Of a stretch of DNA of 64,000 bases, positions 41,527 to 53,362 are shown piece after piece. The DNA lies in contig OZ316776.1 of assembly GCA_973851085.1 (NCBI GenBank), forward strand, positions 15,252,001 to 15,316,000. Direction: 5' to 3'. The DNA comes from Ptychomitrium polyphyllum (Eukaryota). The position numbers and the translations under genes are program-made. Below the pieces are notes generated by a model, which had not been told where the DNA came from, made no database searches, and saw nothing but the letters and a program-made list of their open reading frames with translations. The first letter of the stretch is position 1. Each line of letters opens with the position of its first letter.

Positions 41527-44344
41527 ATGGGTGGAGAGGGAGTGGCGGGAGCTGGGGTTTCTCCCGACGTGCAAGGTGAGTGCGCCCAGATTTTTGGGTG
41601 AGACCATGGTTTGTGGCCTTGTGTGACGGTTGTGATGGACTCGGCCAGGGAGTGGAGTGGTGGTTGCTTGGGTTTTGAATTGAGACGTTGGTGATGGGAA
41701 TTTGGTGTTCGGTGGTTGCATGCTGTCCGTGAGGGAGCTCATTAGGTTGAAAATCCAGTTTTACAGCTTCTTAGTTGTCCTTAACGCGACAACTACCTTG
41801 GACACCTTAATCTATTTCTGGAAGTGATTTTCACCTTTTTGGGATGGAGCAGCGATTTTCGATGGATTGTTCTTCGTTTCCGATCAGCGTTCGTATGGAA
41901 GTGCATTTGCTTGGTTGGGTCGTCTCGTTGTGGAAGAGCGCATGGTTATGCATGACACAGGATACTGTGAGAAGGTGGAGGTTGTGTGGAGTTGGAATGA
42001 AACACTTCTGTGATATATGAGTTGTGGTTTGTGGTATTTTTGTTTTCTAAACACTTGGATGGTTGTGGTTCAGAGACGGGGGCAGGGGTGGCCGCAGAGG
42101 CGGTGGAAATTCCGAAGACGGATCCATGGAAACTGGAGCCCCAATCGATCCGTGAAGACCAAGTGGCGAATGCTGTCAAGTTCCTTTCTCATCCGAAAGT
42201 TCGTACGTCGCCTATCGTCCATCGACGTTCATTTTTAGAGAGGAAAGGACTGACAGGAGAGGAAATCGATGAAGCTTTCCGCAGGGTCCCGGTACTTTTC
42301 TTACTTACATCTGGATCAATGTAGAGAATCATTGACGATCCTGGAAGTACTGCGCAAGCGGGTCTTCTGGAATTGTTATCTGAATTTGGGTTAGTGCTGC
42401 CACAAATTCTTGGGTGAATGGGGGTTTCTTTGGCAGTTACGAATCAGGAGTAATGATGCGTGTGTTATCCCAGTTTAACATGTTTGCTAAAGCATCTGCT
42501 GTTTTGACGTGAAGGAAATAGAACAGTGGAATGTGTAGCTTGATTGCTCCCGTATAACAGTGGTGATTAATATTCAAGATGATCGCATACGGTTTTGTTA
42601 CGAACCAAAGAATTAGTAACCGTGGATTATTTTTGCTGCTCAGGATCCTCCATCTTCAGAGATAGCTGCAACTGCTGTGTCAGCGACAGGTAAGTCTAAT
42701 GTTATGAATGCCTACGTGCTGTTGAAGTTGTTATTTGCACGCACGGAACCTCCAGTCTCATTGTTGGCAAGAATGCAGTGGCAATGTAGTCTCGATAAAA
42801 CCTAGCGTTGAGCCTTCAATCTATATTGGTGTCTACATTACAAGAAGCAATTTGTGCCCTGTCTTTTGTAGTGCATGCCTTCGCAGGTAGCTTAGCGTTG
42901 TCAAAACGTCCTAACAGATTACGGGTTGAACAGATATTCAAGCGAGGGCTCCCTCACCTCAGCAAGCGTTAGTAGCTCAGAAACCACGTGAATTAAGTTG
43001 GGGACAGAAGCTGCTTGGGCTTGGTGTGATCGTGACAGCAGGTGCTGGCGCAGGAGTGATAACAAAGGTGTGTTTTTGTCCAATTAATATGAACCATGTT
43101 AATAGCTTAGCGATACTGAATTTGTCATGTGTTTGTTTGGAAGAAGCTGTGTATAAAGGTACAGGACGACGGCATGCACGTGGTTTGAAGCCCATACTTA
43201 TTCTTTAGTGCAGGAAGTTTCTATCCATAACTTTTGATCAAAAGATCGCACTGATTGAATTTGTTGTGCTCATGCTTGCAGGCGTATTTACTTCCGAAGT
43301 TTAAATCATGGGTGCGTAGCATTCTGCAAGAGGACAGTGAAACGGATAAAAATATATCCCCGCCCGTCGAGGGGTTACCTGGTGAACCACCTGTAAATGA
43401 AGCTGCTCTAGCGGCTAATGCCGCGGCTGCCGCTGCTTCAGAAGTGGCTGCAGCCATGCGTGAGTTTTCTCATGCCAGAGCCAAAGGTAATCCGTCTTTT
43501 TCGGGGAAACCTTTTGGTGTTTGTAGTATAATTCTTTTCTTATCTGTACTTTTTTTTATATTGTTTATAGTGCGACTTCTTACATTTCACTGTACTCTTT
43601 TTAATACTGTTTATGATTCATTTACTACTACAGTTCCATTTACTGCAGGGTTCCACCGTGTGTTTGTGGGCTGAAAAGTGTTGATTAAATATAAGCTGTT
43701 GTTTTTTTCTTCTTATTGTGCATTCAGAAAGTCTGCAGCTGGGAAGCATAATCAAAGCTTTGGAAACTCAAACCCATGAGTTGAAATCTGCTCTCTCGGG
43801 CATGCGGGATGTTGTCAACAATAATAACAACAGCACTCACGCCTACAATAACAGCAACTCTGAGTTAACTCCTACGGCACTTGGCAGAGGTCGTTCTTTA
43901 TCAACCGCTAATGGAGAATCAATCCATCATTACAGTATTGTGCTCTAGACTGTTGTACCTTTCCGTTTCACTCTTTTTCTTCTCTTTTTCTTGTGTCATG
44001 TATCAAATGAGGTCTTCTGGCTTCCTGTGACAAAAATGGGGTCTGTACTTACAGTGCCTTCTTATGGCAGGTTACCGGCAAGATCCCTGGCGCACACCTG
44101 AGATGCCCCGACCCTCAGGTACCGTGTAGAGTCTTACGTCTGTGAATTTTCTGTGGCTTTACCTAGTGGTTGTAATGTTTCACGCTTTTCATGATAGTAT
44201 ACCTTTCAACCGATTAACCACTTAGGCCTCCTGTTTGCAGGAATGCTGGCTGACCGCACGTATGCAGGAGCAGTGCTTGCACCGCCTGCAAATGAAAAGA
44301 TAGAGAATGTGTCAGACAACGGGTCAGAGCCAGTGGGTAGCTGA
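41527..44344 (+). CDS. PEX14: Peroxisomal docking protein PEX14 (apparently C-terminally short)
   Basis: [49 protein letters not shown] (Pex14 N domain); TM WGQKLLGLGVIVTAGAG; LLPKFKSWVR; AAAAAASEVA; coiled coil. Approximate exons 41527-41575, 42074-42291, 42644-42689, ~42934-43067, 43282-43486, 43728-43934, 44071-44118, 44241-44344. Confidence 0.88.
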
Positions 44345-47300
44345 GTAGTTTGAGTAAATAGAAAAAGTTAACAATACGCATCTCTTCAGGGCATTTGATG
44401 TCAATTAGCCTCTACAAGCTGTAGTGCTTCTCTCGATGCTCAAATGAGCACATTGGCATCCCCGGGTTGATCAAGAGTGTCAGTATATATGTTTTCTGAA
44501 TGTCAATACACTTTGTACTTCATGTGGTTTTCTTTTAGGAAACAATGGCTGGTTCCTGTTGTGCATTGCCTTTTGTTCTTACCTTCACATTTTTTCTTGC
44601 ATCTGAAGTTTGTTTTTTGCTCTGGATCAGACTCTTGAAGTAAGGTTCAAGTGCAGTGGCTATTGATGGTCCATTTGTTTGTGTGCGATTCTTGTTTTTT
44701 GTTCAATGATTGTTCATCCTTGGATACTACGCAGAGTTCAGCGCAGTCATGTAATCCCTTGATCGGTTTAACAAAGCTTATTTCATTCCTGTGGTGGAAC
44801 TAGCTTATGTAACTAAGGAACACCGTTGTAAATCTGTCAATCAGTGGTCCAAACTTCACTGAAAAGTCTAGATTTAGCAAAACAAAATTGTTATTTTAGT
44901 CCCAAGTATTACTTTATCCCCATGTATTATTTTAGTACTAAGTATTATTTTGAAATTTTAAAATATTAAAACCATGGGTTTTTCTACGAAGTGGCAACTA
45001 TAATTGTGCACATTGAATGGTTTTAACCTCAGTTATTTCTTGAATTTAATTTTTTTTAAATATTCATTTATATTTTCTAACGTCAAAGGATATTAAGCTA
45101 ATCAGCTAACAGATGACAAGTATATTAGGTTGAAAACTTCTAAGAACCGACTACACTAGGAATTTCGCATTTCAAGTTTATTCTAACAAATTTTATTAAA
45201 CTAGTATCAATATTTTTATCAAGTCAAATCCAAAAATTTAATTTAAGTTTAGTTTTTAAATTTTTCATCAAATATATAAGGAATATCAAATATGAAATTT
45301 ACAGTGTAAATTATGAAATCATATTATAATGTAATGTTTTAATTAGGTTAATTTAATTGCAAGTATCAGTTTACAGGAAGTTTTATGCCTTTTTAATCCT
45401 TGTAGCTATAAAAAATTTAAAAAAAGCTTAAGATATGTTAGTTATTTATTTTATTCCAAATAAGAAAATGACGAATTTAAATTTATTCAGAAGACATCAA
45501 ATGTTAATTTTTCACCCTTTAGATGAATGAAACATTGAAAAAACCATTTTTCTATCATCTTTTGTCCATTTCTATTAAACTTTATTATATTAAATTTCAT
45601 ATGATGTTTAATTGTTGCAATAAAACATTGTATCAACTTATTGTTGTAAAGGTTTCATGAATATTTTTATAGGTATTAGTAACTTTTAAAATGTTATTGA
45701 ATAATAATTTAGATGAAAGTTATTTATTAAAGTGAGTTTTATAGTGATATTTCAACTCCAATGTATCACCAATAAAACCTCAAAATCCTTTTTGTAATAT
45801 TGTAACGTTATTATTATCCAATATAAATGGCTAAATGATTCCAAATTTTATTTATAACATCTACAAAATTCTACTACAAAGATTGTACAATAAAACCATT
45901 TTATTTTACTTCCATTTCAATTTTAGGCTATGACGTTTTAAAGCCATGATTGATTTTGACTCAAAAATATCAAATATATTTATGGTTCAAGGAAATTTGA
46001 AAGAATATGGATTTTTGAAAAAATATTTAAAATGAATGTTATTAGTGTGATATTATAAAAAATTTACATAACTAATAATTCTATTTTATATTGAATTTTT
46101 TATACCATGCTTTTCTTCTAATGGTGGTGCCAAACCACCTCTCTCCCACTTTCTTCTCTTTCAAATTCTCTTCAAATTATATATTAATACATTCCAAGAT
46201 CTACCAATATCCACATCGACCTCAATTCTTTCCTTGTTGTTATTTTTTACCATCATTGCCCTCAATTCCGCTCTTCAAACTTCCCTCTAAGATTGATACT
46301 TATTAAGATCCATTAATAATTTTGAAAATCTTCAAAATTCTTCTAATACCTTCCAAAACACTTTAAGACCTTCCAAATTCTTCCATTACATTGAAAAAGT
46401 ATTGAATTGATTTACACCTCCTTTTATTATTTATAAAGACAAATTTTTTACCATATTAGAAATTTTTAGTAATATAATTGGTTAAATCTTTTTAGTTCTT
46501 CCATAAGGCTTTGCACCTTGTTCTATTGTCTACAAAAAAGAAAATTTTAAAGATGTATAAACAAATAAATTGGCCACCTCTATAATATCAAATATTGCAA
46601 GAAAACTTTCTTTTATTGGCCATTTTTTGGAGTGCTATTGGAATAATAACCTAAGAGCTTATTTATATGATAAGACTTTCTCTATCTTAAAAATATTAAT
46701 ATCTTGCTATCTTCTTTAATGGACTGTTCTTTGAATACAACACCTATATCTTAGAATGCAAGAAAAGGGATAATTTGGCCCTTTGCTTTGCAAGAATATA
46801 CTTTTTTCATACCAAATGTTATAACTATTATGGTGCCATCAATACAAAAATGGAAATGTCACATCAGTTGAAATATAACAGAAAGAAGCTATTTCATAGC
46901 TCACAATACATACAATAATACATCCATACATAAATTGATCATCATGTAATCAACAATGTTGAATAATACAATATAAATAGAACAACATAAAAGATATAGA
47001 ACCTTAACAATATAAATAAAGGCTTTCCTACCAACCAGGACCCCTCTTCCTAAATCACACAAGGGAGAGAAGTAACTACTTACTATTATATTTCAACAGG
47101 ACAAGCCTGCCGGGTTGACTGCCAATGGGGAGAAGGGAGGGAGGGGGCTGTAACGAGGGCATGTTGGATGAAAGAAAGAGACGTTGGTGAAGGGGTCGTC
47201 CTAATCTCATCCGCGCAGCCGCAAGACCCACCTAGTCCTCGCCTTGAAGCCCGCCAGCCAAGACCGTGGTCGGCGACCGATGTACGGGACAGTTTCCAGC

Positions 47301-47557
47301 GGACGGCCGGCCCCGCGTCGGGTCCACTGACCCTATCCGAGAAATATGAAAGTAAAAGCGAATCAACTAGAAAAGAAAGAAAAAGGTGTGTCGAAGGCGC
47401 TGGTCGGGGTCAGATCGTGCCAGCCTGCCCAGGCCGGAGTCCGTTGGGGCTTCGAGGTTTTTTGTTGATATTTAGTAGAATGATTTTTTTCCTGAATCCC
47501 TCCCGCCATTCCACTCCTTCAAACTTCCCTCCATTTTTCGACCAGTACCCGCGAAGG

Positions 47558-47619
47558 CCCTCCAAGACCCCTCAAGAACCCCTCCAAGACCCCTCCAAGA
47601 CCCCTCAAAGACCCAAGAC
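47558..47619 (+). repeat. 11-bp tandem repeat (cccctccaaga x~5)
   Basis: ccctccaagacccctcaagaacccctccaagacccctccaagacccctcaaagaccc read directly. Confidence 0.85.
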
Positions 47620-47689
47620 ATCCTCTCTCTCGTTTTTCTTCATCACCATTGCCGCCATAGCTCTGCGTGCATTTGCATTGTGTCCATTT

Positions 47690-48520
47690 CCAATCGACTT
47701 TGTGACCGCAGTGGAATTTTTCAGAGCGTAGTTCGATTCCTGCTTCGGAATAGCATTGCAAGCACTAGGTTGAGCACTTAAGAGCTTAGTGGAAGTTTAT
47801 CGCTCCTGAACAGAGTAAGCAACCATGCCGCACTTTTCTCTTCAATCGACTCTGTTGCAGCAGTTGCGATTGTAATCGGTTGATTTCTTCGCAACTTAGT
47901 GTGGTTCTGGTTTAGGAAAAGCATTACGAGCACTAGGGCGAGCTTTTAGCTGCTTGGTGGAAGGTGTTCTGCTCCTGAACAGAGTAATTTATGCATCATC
48001 TCGCTCTATATCCATTTCCAATCCATTCTGTCGCAGCTGTTGCGGTGGTAGTCAGTTCATTTCTTAGTTGCATAGTGTGATTTCCGTTCAGGAAGAGCAT
48101 TGCGAGCAGTAGGTTGAGCACTTGAGAGCTTGGTGGAAGTTTGGGACTCCTGAACAGAGTATGAAATGCCGTGAAAGGTTAGGCACTTCTTAATCCATTC
48201 TGTTGCAGCAATTGCGAACATAGTCAGTTGGTTTCTCAGTAGCTTATTTTGATTCAGGTTTAGGAAGAGCATTGCGAGCAATAGCTTAAGCACGAGAGCT
48301 TGGTGGAACTTTATCGCTCCTGAACAGAGTAAGTATCGCTGTATCTCGCGCTTCAATCGATTCTAGTGCAGCAGTTGCGATTTTACACAGATGATTTCTC
48401 TACGGCGTAGTTCAATTCCGTTTAGGAGTAGTGCGAGCTCTAGGGTGAGCACTTTAGAGCTTGGTAGAAGTTCATCGCACCCGATCAGAGTAAGTTATGT
48501 CTTACCTCGCTCTTCGTGAA
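47690..48520 (+). repeat. Five-copy ~170-bp tandem repeat upstream of CDT2
   Basis: Anchor tcctgaacagagta at 47804, 47973, 48148, 48318 and a variant at ~48479; shared gagcattgcgagca.taggttgagcactt.agagcttggtggaa and tcga.tctgttgcagcagttgcg blocks. Confidence 0.9.
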
Positions 48521-48976
48521 AGGCTTAGGAATGTGTGGTGGATGTGGTGCTAATAGTTGCCTGAATCGGGAGCTTTCCTGATTCCAATTCTCTCTAGTGG
48601 CGTCTAGAGGTACTGCATACGCTTGGTTTTGTTTCGGGATTGAATGTGGATGTAGTCAGATAGGTGGACGGTTTTGTGTTAAGGCTTTACTCTGCTGGTG
48701 CAGGTGAAGGAGGATCGGGAGGAGGAGGATTGGCGGAGGTGGTGCTGTGGATGTAGCCAGTGGAGGAAGGCAGTTGAGGAATAAGCTCCTATCGGAGGTG
48801 GTTTATAGCAGGAGATTCTTAGAAGAGCGAGATTTGGTTTGAGAGAGTGAATCAGGTTCAGACATTAGGCTCATGCAAGAACGTGGCGGCCGCTGTACAC
48901 TGTCAGTTCGGGTTATGGTAGTGGTGTTGTAGTGACAGTAGAGGCCGTCTTTTCTAGAGCTGGGAGAAAGTGATAT

Positions 48977-48984
48977 ATTGGCGG
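48977..48984 (+). promoter_or_regulatory. E2F-type site (ATTGGCGG) next to the CDT2 start
   Basis: Matches WTTSSCSS. A second match (ATTCCCGC, minus strand) lies at 49631-49638, and TCCCGCCA at ~47501. Confidence 0.5.
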
Positions 48985-48989
48985 GAGTC

Positions 48990-51900
48990 ATGGCGAATCG
49001 TTGCCAATCTGGCTCTCTCTTTCATGCTCTTTCGATGCGGGAAGTGCGGCCGTGCAAAGGTACAGTGACATTGCAACTTCTGTTGTCTATGTAGGATAAT
49101 TTGTTTTGGAAGCGCTTATCTGAATACCTGATCCACCTATGTAGTCTACGGTCTGTCAGTTCCTTATGCCTGGCTTAGTACTCCTTTTGTTTACTTTGTC
49201 GTGTAAGAAAACCTTAAATGGGGTAGGAGCACTCAATAAATCTCCACATTAGGTTGCTCTGAAGAGCGTGAAGTCAGTATTCTAACCTTATTGATTTTCT
49301 GCGTAAGAGTCGCTTTTGCAAAGTCTGTGGAAGTTGAGAATTAGAAGTTCTTCTTGAGCTTGTGCAGTGAGAGGAAGGCCGAACATGGGAGGTTTGTCGT
49401 CAGAAGGAGGTTCTTCTGGTTCAGGTGTACTCTCTGTGGAGTCGAATGGAATTTCAGCTCCGCCTCTTGCAGTGTCATACGCCAAGGTAATCCACAGATT
49501 TATTTGCATCTTCCGTCGATTTTTGAAAATGATGAAACCCTTGCCATAGCGTGTGAGATGTTCGTGATTCACCCATTAGGGTATGCAAGAGGAAGAGTCC
49601 GAAATATCCAATTGATGAAAAACGAATAGGGCGGGAATATCCGATATTCCTCTTTCAATCCTCTTTCTACATTAGGTAGAATGCGAGCCCTAGGGTTGAG
49701 TTTTAGGTGTGCATGGGTTTGTGATAAGAACGTGATTGTGATGCCTCTTTCTGCAGAGGAGAGGAGACGGACACCTACTTGCTGTGGCTGACGAAGAGGG
49801 CTTCGTCAGCATCTTTAACACTCGCCTCGCACTACCAACATTCATGACCACACAGTTCAATACAGGTATTTGATAGGTCGATTTTAGCTTCATTGCGAGT
49901 TACTGAAACTGAAATAACGGATGGAATTCTTCGCACTACAATCTAATGTAGACTATAACCTTCTCAGTAATCCAGGCTATCAAAACTTGATGTGCATGAC
50001 TGAGCAAGTCGTTCCCTCTATTTGGATGCAGAGAAAAGCAGATGGAAGTCATGGATGGCACACACCAATGCCATTTTTGATGTCTGCTGGATCCAGGTAT
50101 ATATTAACAACTTGTAGACCCTCTAAGTACAAGTTACACCTGTGCCGAGTATCAGAATTGATGTCAAAATGTTATTTTTTCCTTAACGTAGTTATCGTAC
50201 ATATTTGATTTGTAGTTTAGTGACTGCATTTTTTAGTGGAAGATTAAGGGATTGCAGTGAACTGGGCCCGGATCTCGAACACAGAAAGTTGTTCCCCGAA
50301 GATCCCTCTCTTCATCGGAAACCTCTTTTTCATAATAATCATCGACGTGATCGTGTGCAGGAGGATACGCGCATGCTGACAGCCTCAGGAGATCAGACGG
50401 TAATCTATTCTTTAAAACAAGCGCATATTTTGTTTATCTTCTGAAGTTGACCTAACATCCAAAAGAGATGCAGCTATCTTAGAGTTAGCGAGGTCATACA
50501 TGTTTTCAATCTACATCCTATATCATTTACAAGTTGTATCCCTCAACCAAGACTTAATGAGGGAAGTCCCAATGTACATTATGGAATTATGGACCATCTG
50601 CAGATCCGTCTGTGGGACGTCGAATCACATGTGGCTTTGGGAGTGATGAGAGGCCACTCTGGGAGCGTTAAATCACTGTGTGCTCATCCTTTTAACGCAG
50701 GTAACTCAAGGCTTTCCACTCCATATCGTTTTTTGCAAGTTGCGATATGTTTTACCGGACAATATTTATTACATAATTCATATTGTCAAATATCGCACAT
50801 TCGATTTTGCGAGATAAATTTGTGCCCATCAAATGGGCCTTCTACAGCACTCTAGATGGTCACATGAATTGCAAATGATTATTCAGTTAACTTATCCTCG
50901 ATATATTGTATATCAGTACATATAGGTTTTACATTAACACTTTGTTTTTATTGCAGAACTTTTTGCCTCAGGGTCTAGAGATGGGAGTGTAGCCCTGTGG
51001 GACCTGCGGACTTCGACATCTGATTCAACGAATGAAAGCACTTCCAGGTTGGGCAATCGGTGTCCAGATGAATTTTGATCATGCTCCTGCACCCGTGTGT
51101 TTAGATTCTGCTGTCTTTGTAGGCTGCTTGAAATTGCTGATATTATTGCCCAGGGTTTTCTAGAACTCATCAATTGAATGTTTAATAAGTAGGAAGGAGA
51201 CGTAGTTATATACTCAGGTAAAACCTTTATGACGACAGGCCAGTATCATGTATCAAGGACACCCATGTTGCCCCGAGATCTAAGCACGTCCGCCGAAGAA
51301 AGGTATCTAACTGATCTCCTCAATCGTTACAGATCATCAGTTTCCTACTATTGATTTGCCGGAATCATGTTGGATCAATTTGGCTTGACATCTTACCACA
51401 ACGTCTATAATGGACGTGAATTGATTGCAGGGAGAGACTCACAGTGTCACCGCTGTGCTGTATCAACAAGATGAACGCGTCCTTGCAACTTCCGGTGCGG
51501 CAGATGGGTGAGTGCCTCTTGGCCCCTATCAATCCCCTAGATTACTGACAAACGTACCTATATATATTTTTCAATGTCATTTCGACGTTAGTAGTATGAT
51601 GTAGATGTTCTGATGATGCTGAATGCACATGAGTCGCAGAATTGTTAAATTTTGGGACACAAGAAAACTGAAGTTTCCAGTGGTGCAAACCCCTCCTCAG
51701 CAAAAAGAGACGGCTGAAGGGGTGAGTGTTCGCACACTCAATCCTAATGGGTCATAATCGAGGGTCCTACTCCGACACGATATACTACGACTTTCGCTTG
51801 CTATTGCGATTGTTTTATATGACTGATGTATTCGAGTGAGGGTTTGAAACGAGTTGTCTTATTTTGCATCTGTACTATTTGCCCCAGGTTGGTCGAGTAC

Positions 51901-53362
51901 ATGGCATCGCAAGCCTTTCTCAAGATCCGACAAGTTCGCGTCTCATCGCCTCCTGCACAGACAGCAAGTATGTCTGCGATAAACATGAACTAAACTATTT
52001 CTCTTGAATTTTATCTGGTGTACGTCAAATGGATCTCGTACCTCTGAAACGCATCACAACTTCACGAATTTTCGTCGAATGCTGTTTATAAACCTGGCTA
52101 TTGCCCGCGGTTCAGGATCTACATGTACGATGGTGCATTTCCAGAGCGTGGAGTAATGTCGAGTTTCTCAGGCCATGTGGTAGGATCTTTCTATATCAAG
52201 GTATGAATTCACCTGCATACTGTCCATTGATTGAAGTTTGTTAAGCATTCAGCACATGAATGTCCATGGCGTAAATTTGCAAGCCCGTGGGGGACTTGAT
52301 GTTATGTACGTTCTTACATTAGGATCAGCGTTGGCGCTTTAACCTGACATACTTCCTGTCTGAGCTGTTTACAGGCAGCATTTAGTCCTGATGGGGCCCA
52401 CGTCATAAGTGGTTCTACAGACAGCAACGTGTATGTATGGCAGGTGCGACCTCCACAAAACTTGCCTTGATTATTTGGAACAAAGTTTGTTTCCTCCTTA
52501 CATTTGATTCTAATCCCACAGAACACCTTGCCCGCAATATGTATGCCGTTGTAAATTACATCTTATGTTTAGGTGTGGATGAACGTCACCTTTAAGCACC
52601 TTCATAATGTACTGTGGCATGGCAGGTGGACAATCCTTCTTCTGCACCGGTAGTTTTGGAAGGTCATAGAGGGGAAGTCACTGCTGTGGACTGGTACTCG
52701 TGACTCGCCCTTGCCACAACATTCGTTGAATGTTCTTCAATCTTAAGGCTGCAACTTTTGATTGATTGATTTATTTATTTTTCCCATATCGTAGCCTTGG
52801 ATGATTTGGGTCTCTGGGATGATTAGCATTCTAAGCACCTTGCCTGTCTTTCCAGGTGTTCAACAAGTTACTGCAAAATTGCTACTAGCTCTGATGATTG
52901 CACGGTAAGTCTCTCCTTACATCGATTGGTAAGATGTTGCTCATGAGCCAGCCTGAATTATAATAGTTCTGAAATGATATGGATTCTAAAGATGATTACA
53001 TCTTCTCACACCTGTCGTTTATCGCATGATAATAGGTTCGTATCTGGAGCTTGAAAGAGCATCAGTTCACTCGTCAACAGTTGCCACCGCTTATCTGCCA
53101 TCGCCGCCATCGGGTTTCTGCTCAACCTTTATCTCCGTCGAATGCAAACTTGAATATTATTCCGGAAACTCCCCCATGTAAGCTGTTAAAGCTCCAAGCA
53201 GATACTCCAAATTCAGTTCTCGATGGTCTCTCGGAATTGGACCCAAATTTGCCGCATGGAACTGCTACTCTTGGGAAGAGTAAAGTACGCCAAGCCTTGA
53301 GCCCTGTCCTTGATGGTAGAAAGCGACTTCGCACTATCAGGGATTACTTCTCCCTCACATAG
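48990..53362 (+). CDS. CDT2: Denticleless / CDT2 WD40 substrate receptor of CRL4 E3 ligase, ~15 exons
   Basis: MANRCQSGSLFHALSMREV; HLLAVADEEGFV; WMAHTNAIFDVCW; MLTASGDQTIRLWD; GHSGSVKS; ASGSRDGSVALWDLR; HSVTAVL; LATSGAADG.VKFWDTR; HGIASL; GSFYIK..FSPDG; LEGHRGEVTAVDW; KIATSSDDCTVRIW; C-terminal RTIRDYF. Confidence 0.93.

Noticed and set aside
47690..48520. CRISPR array or box C/D snoRNA cluster interpretation of the 170-bp repeats
   Set aside because: Whole units are homologous (no unique spacers), the context is eukaryotic with no cas genes, and no canonical RUGAUGA box C is present.
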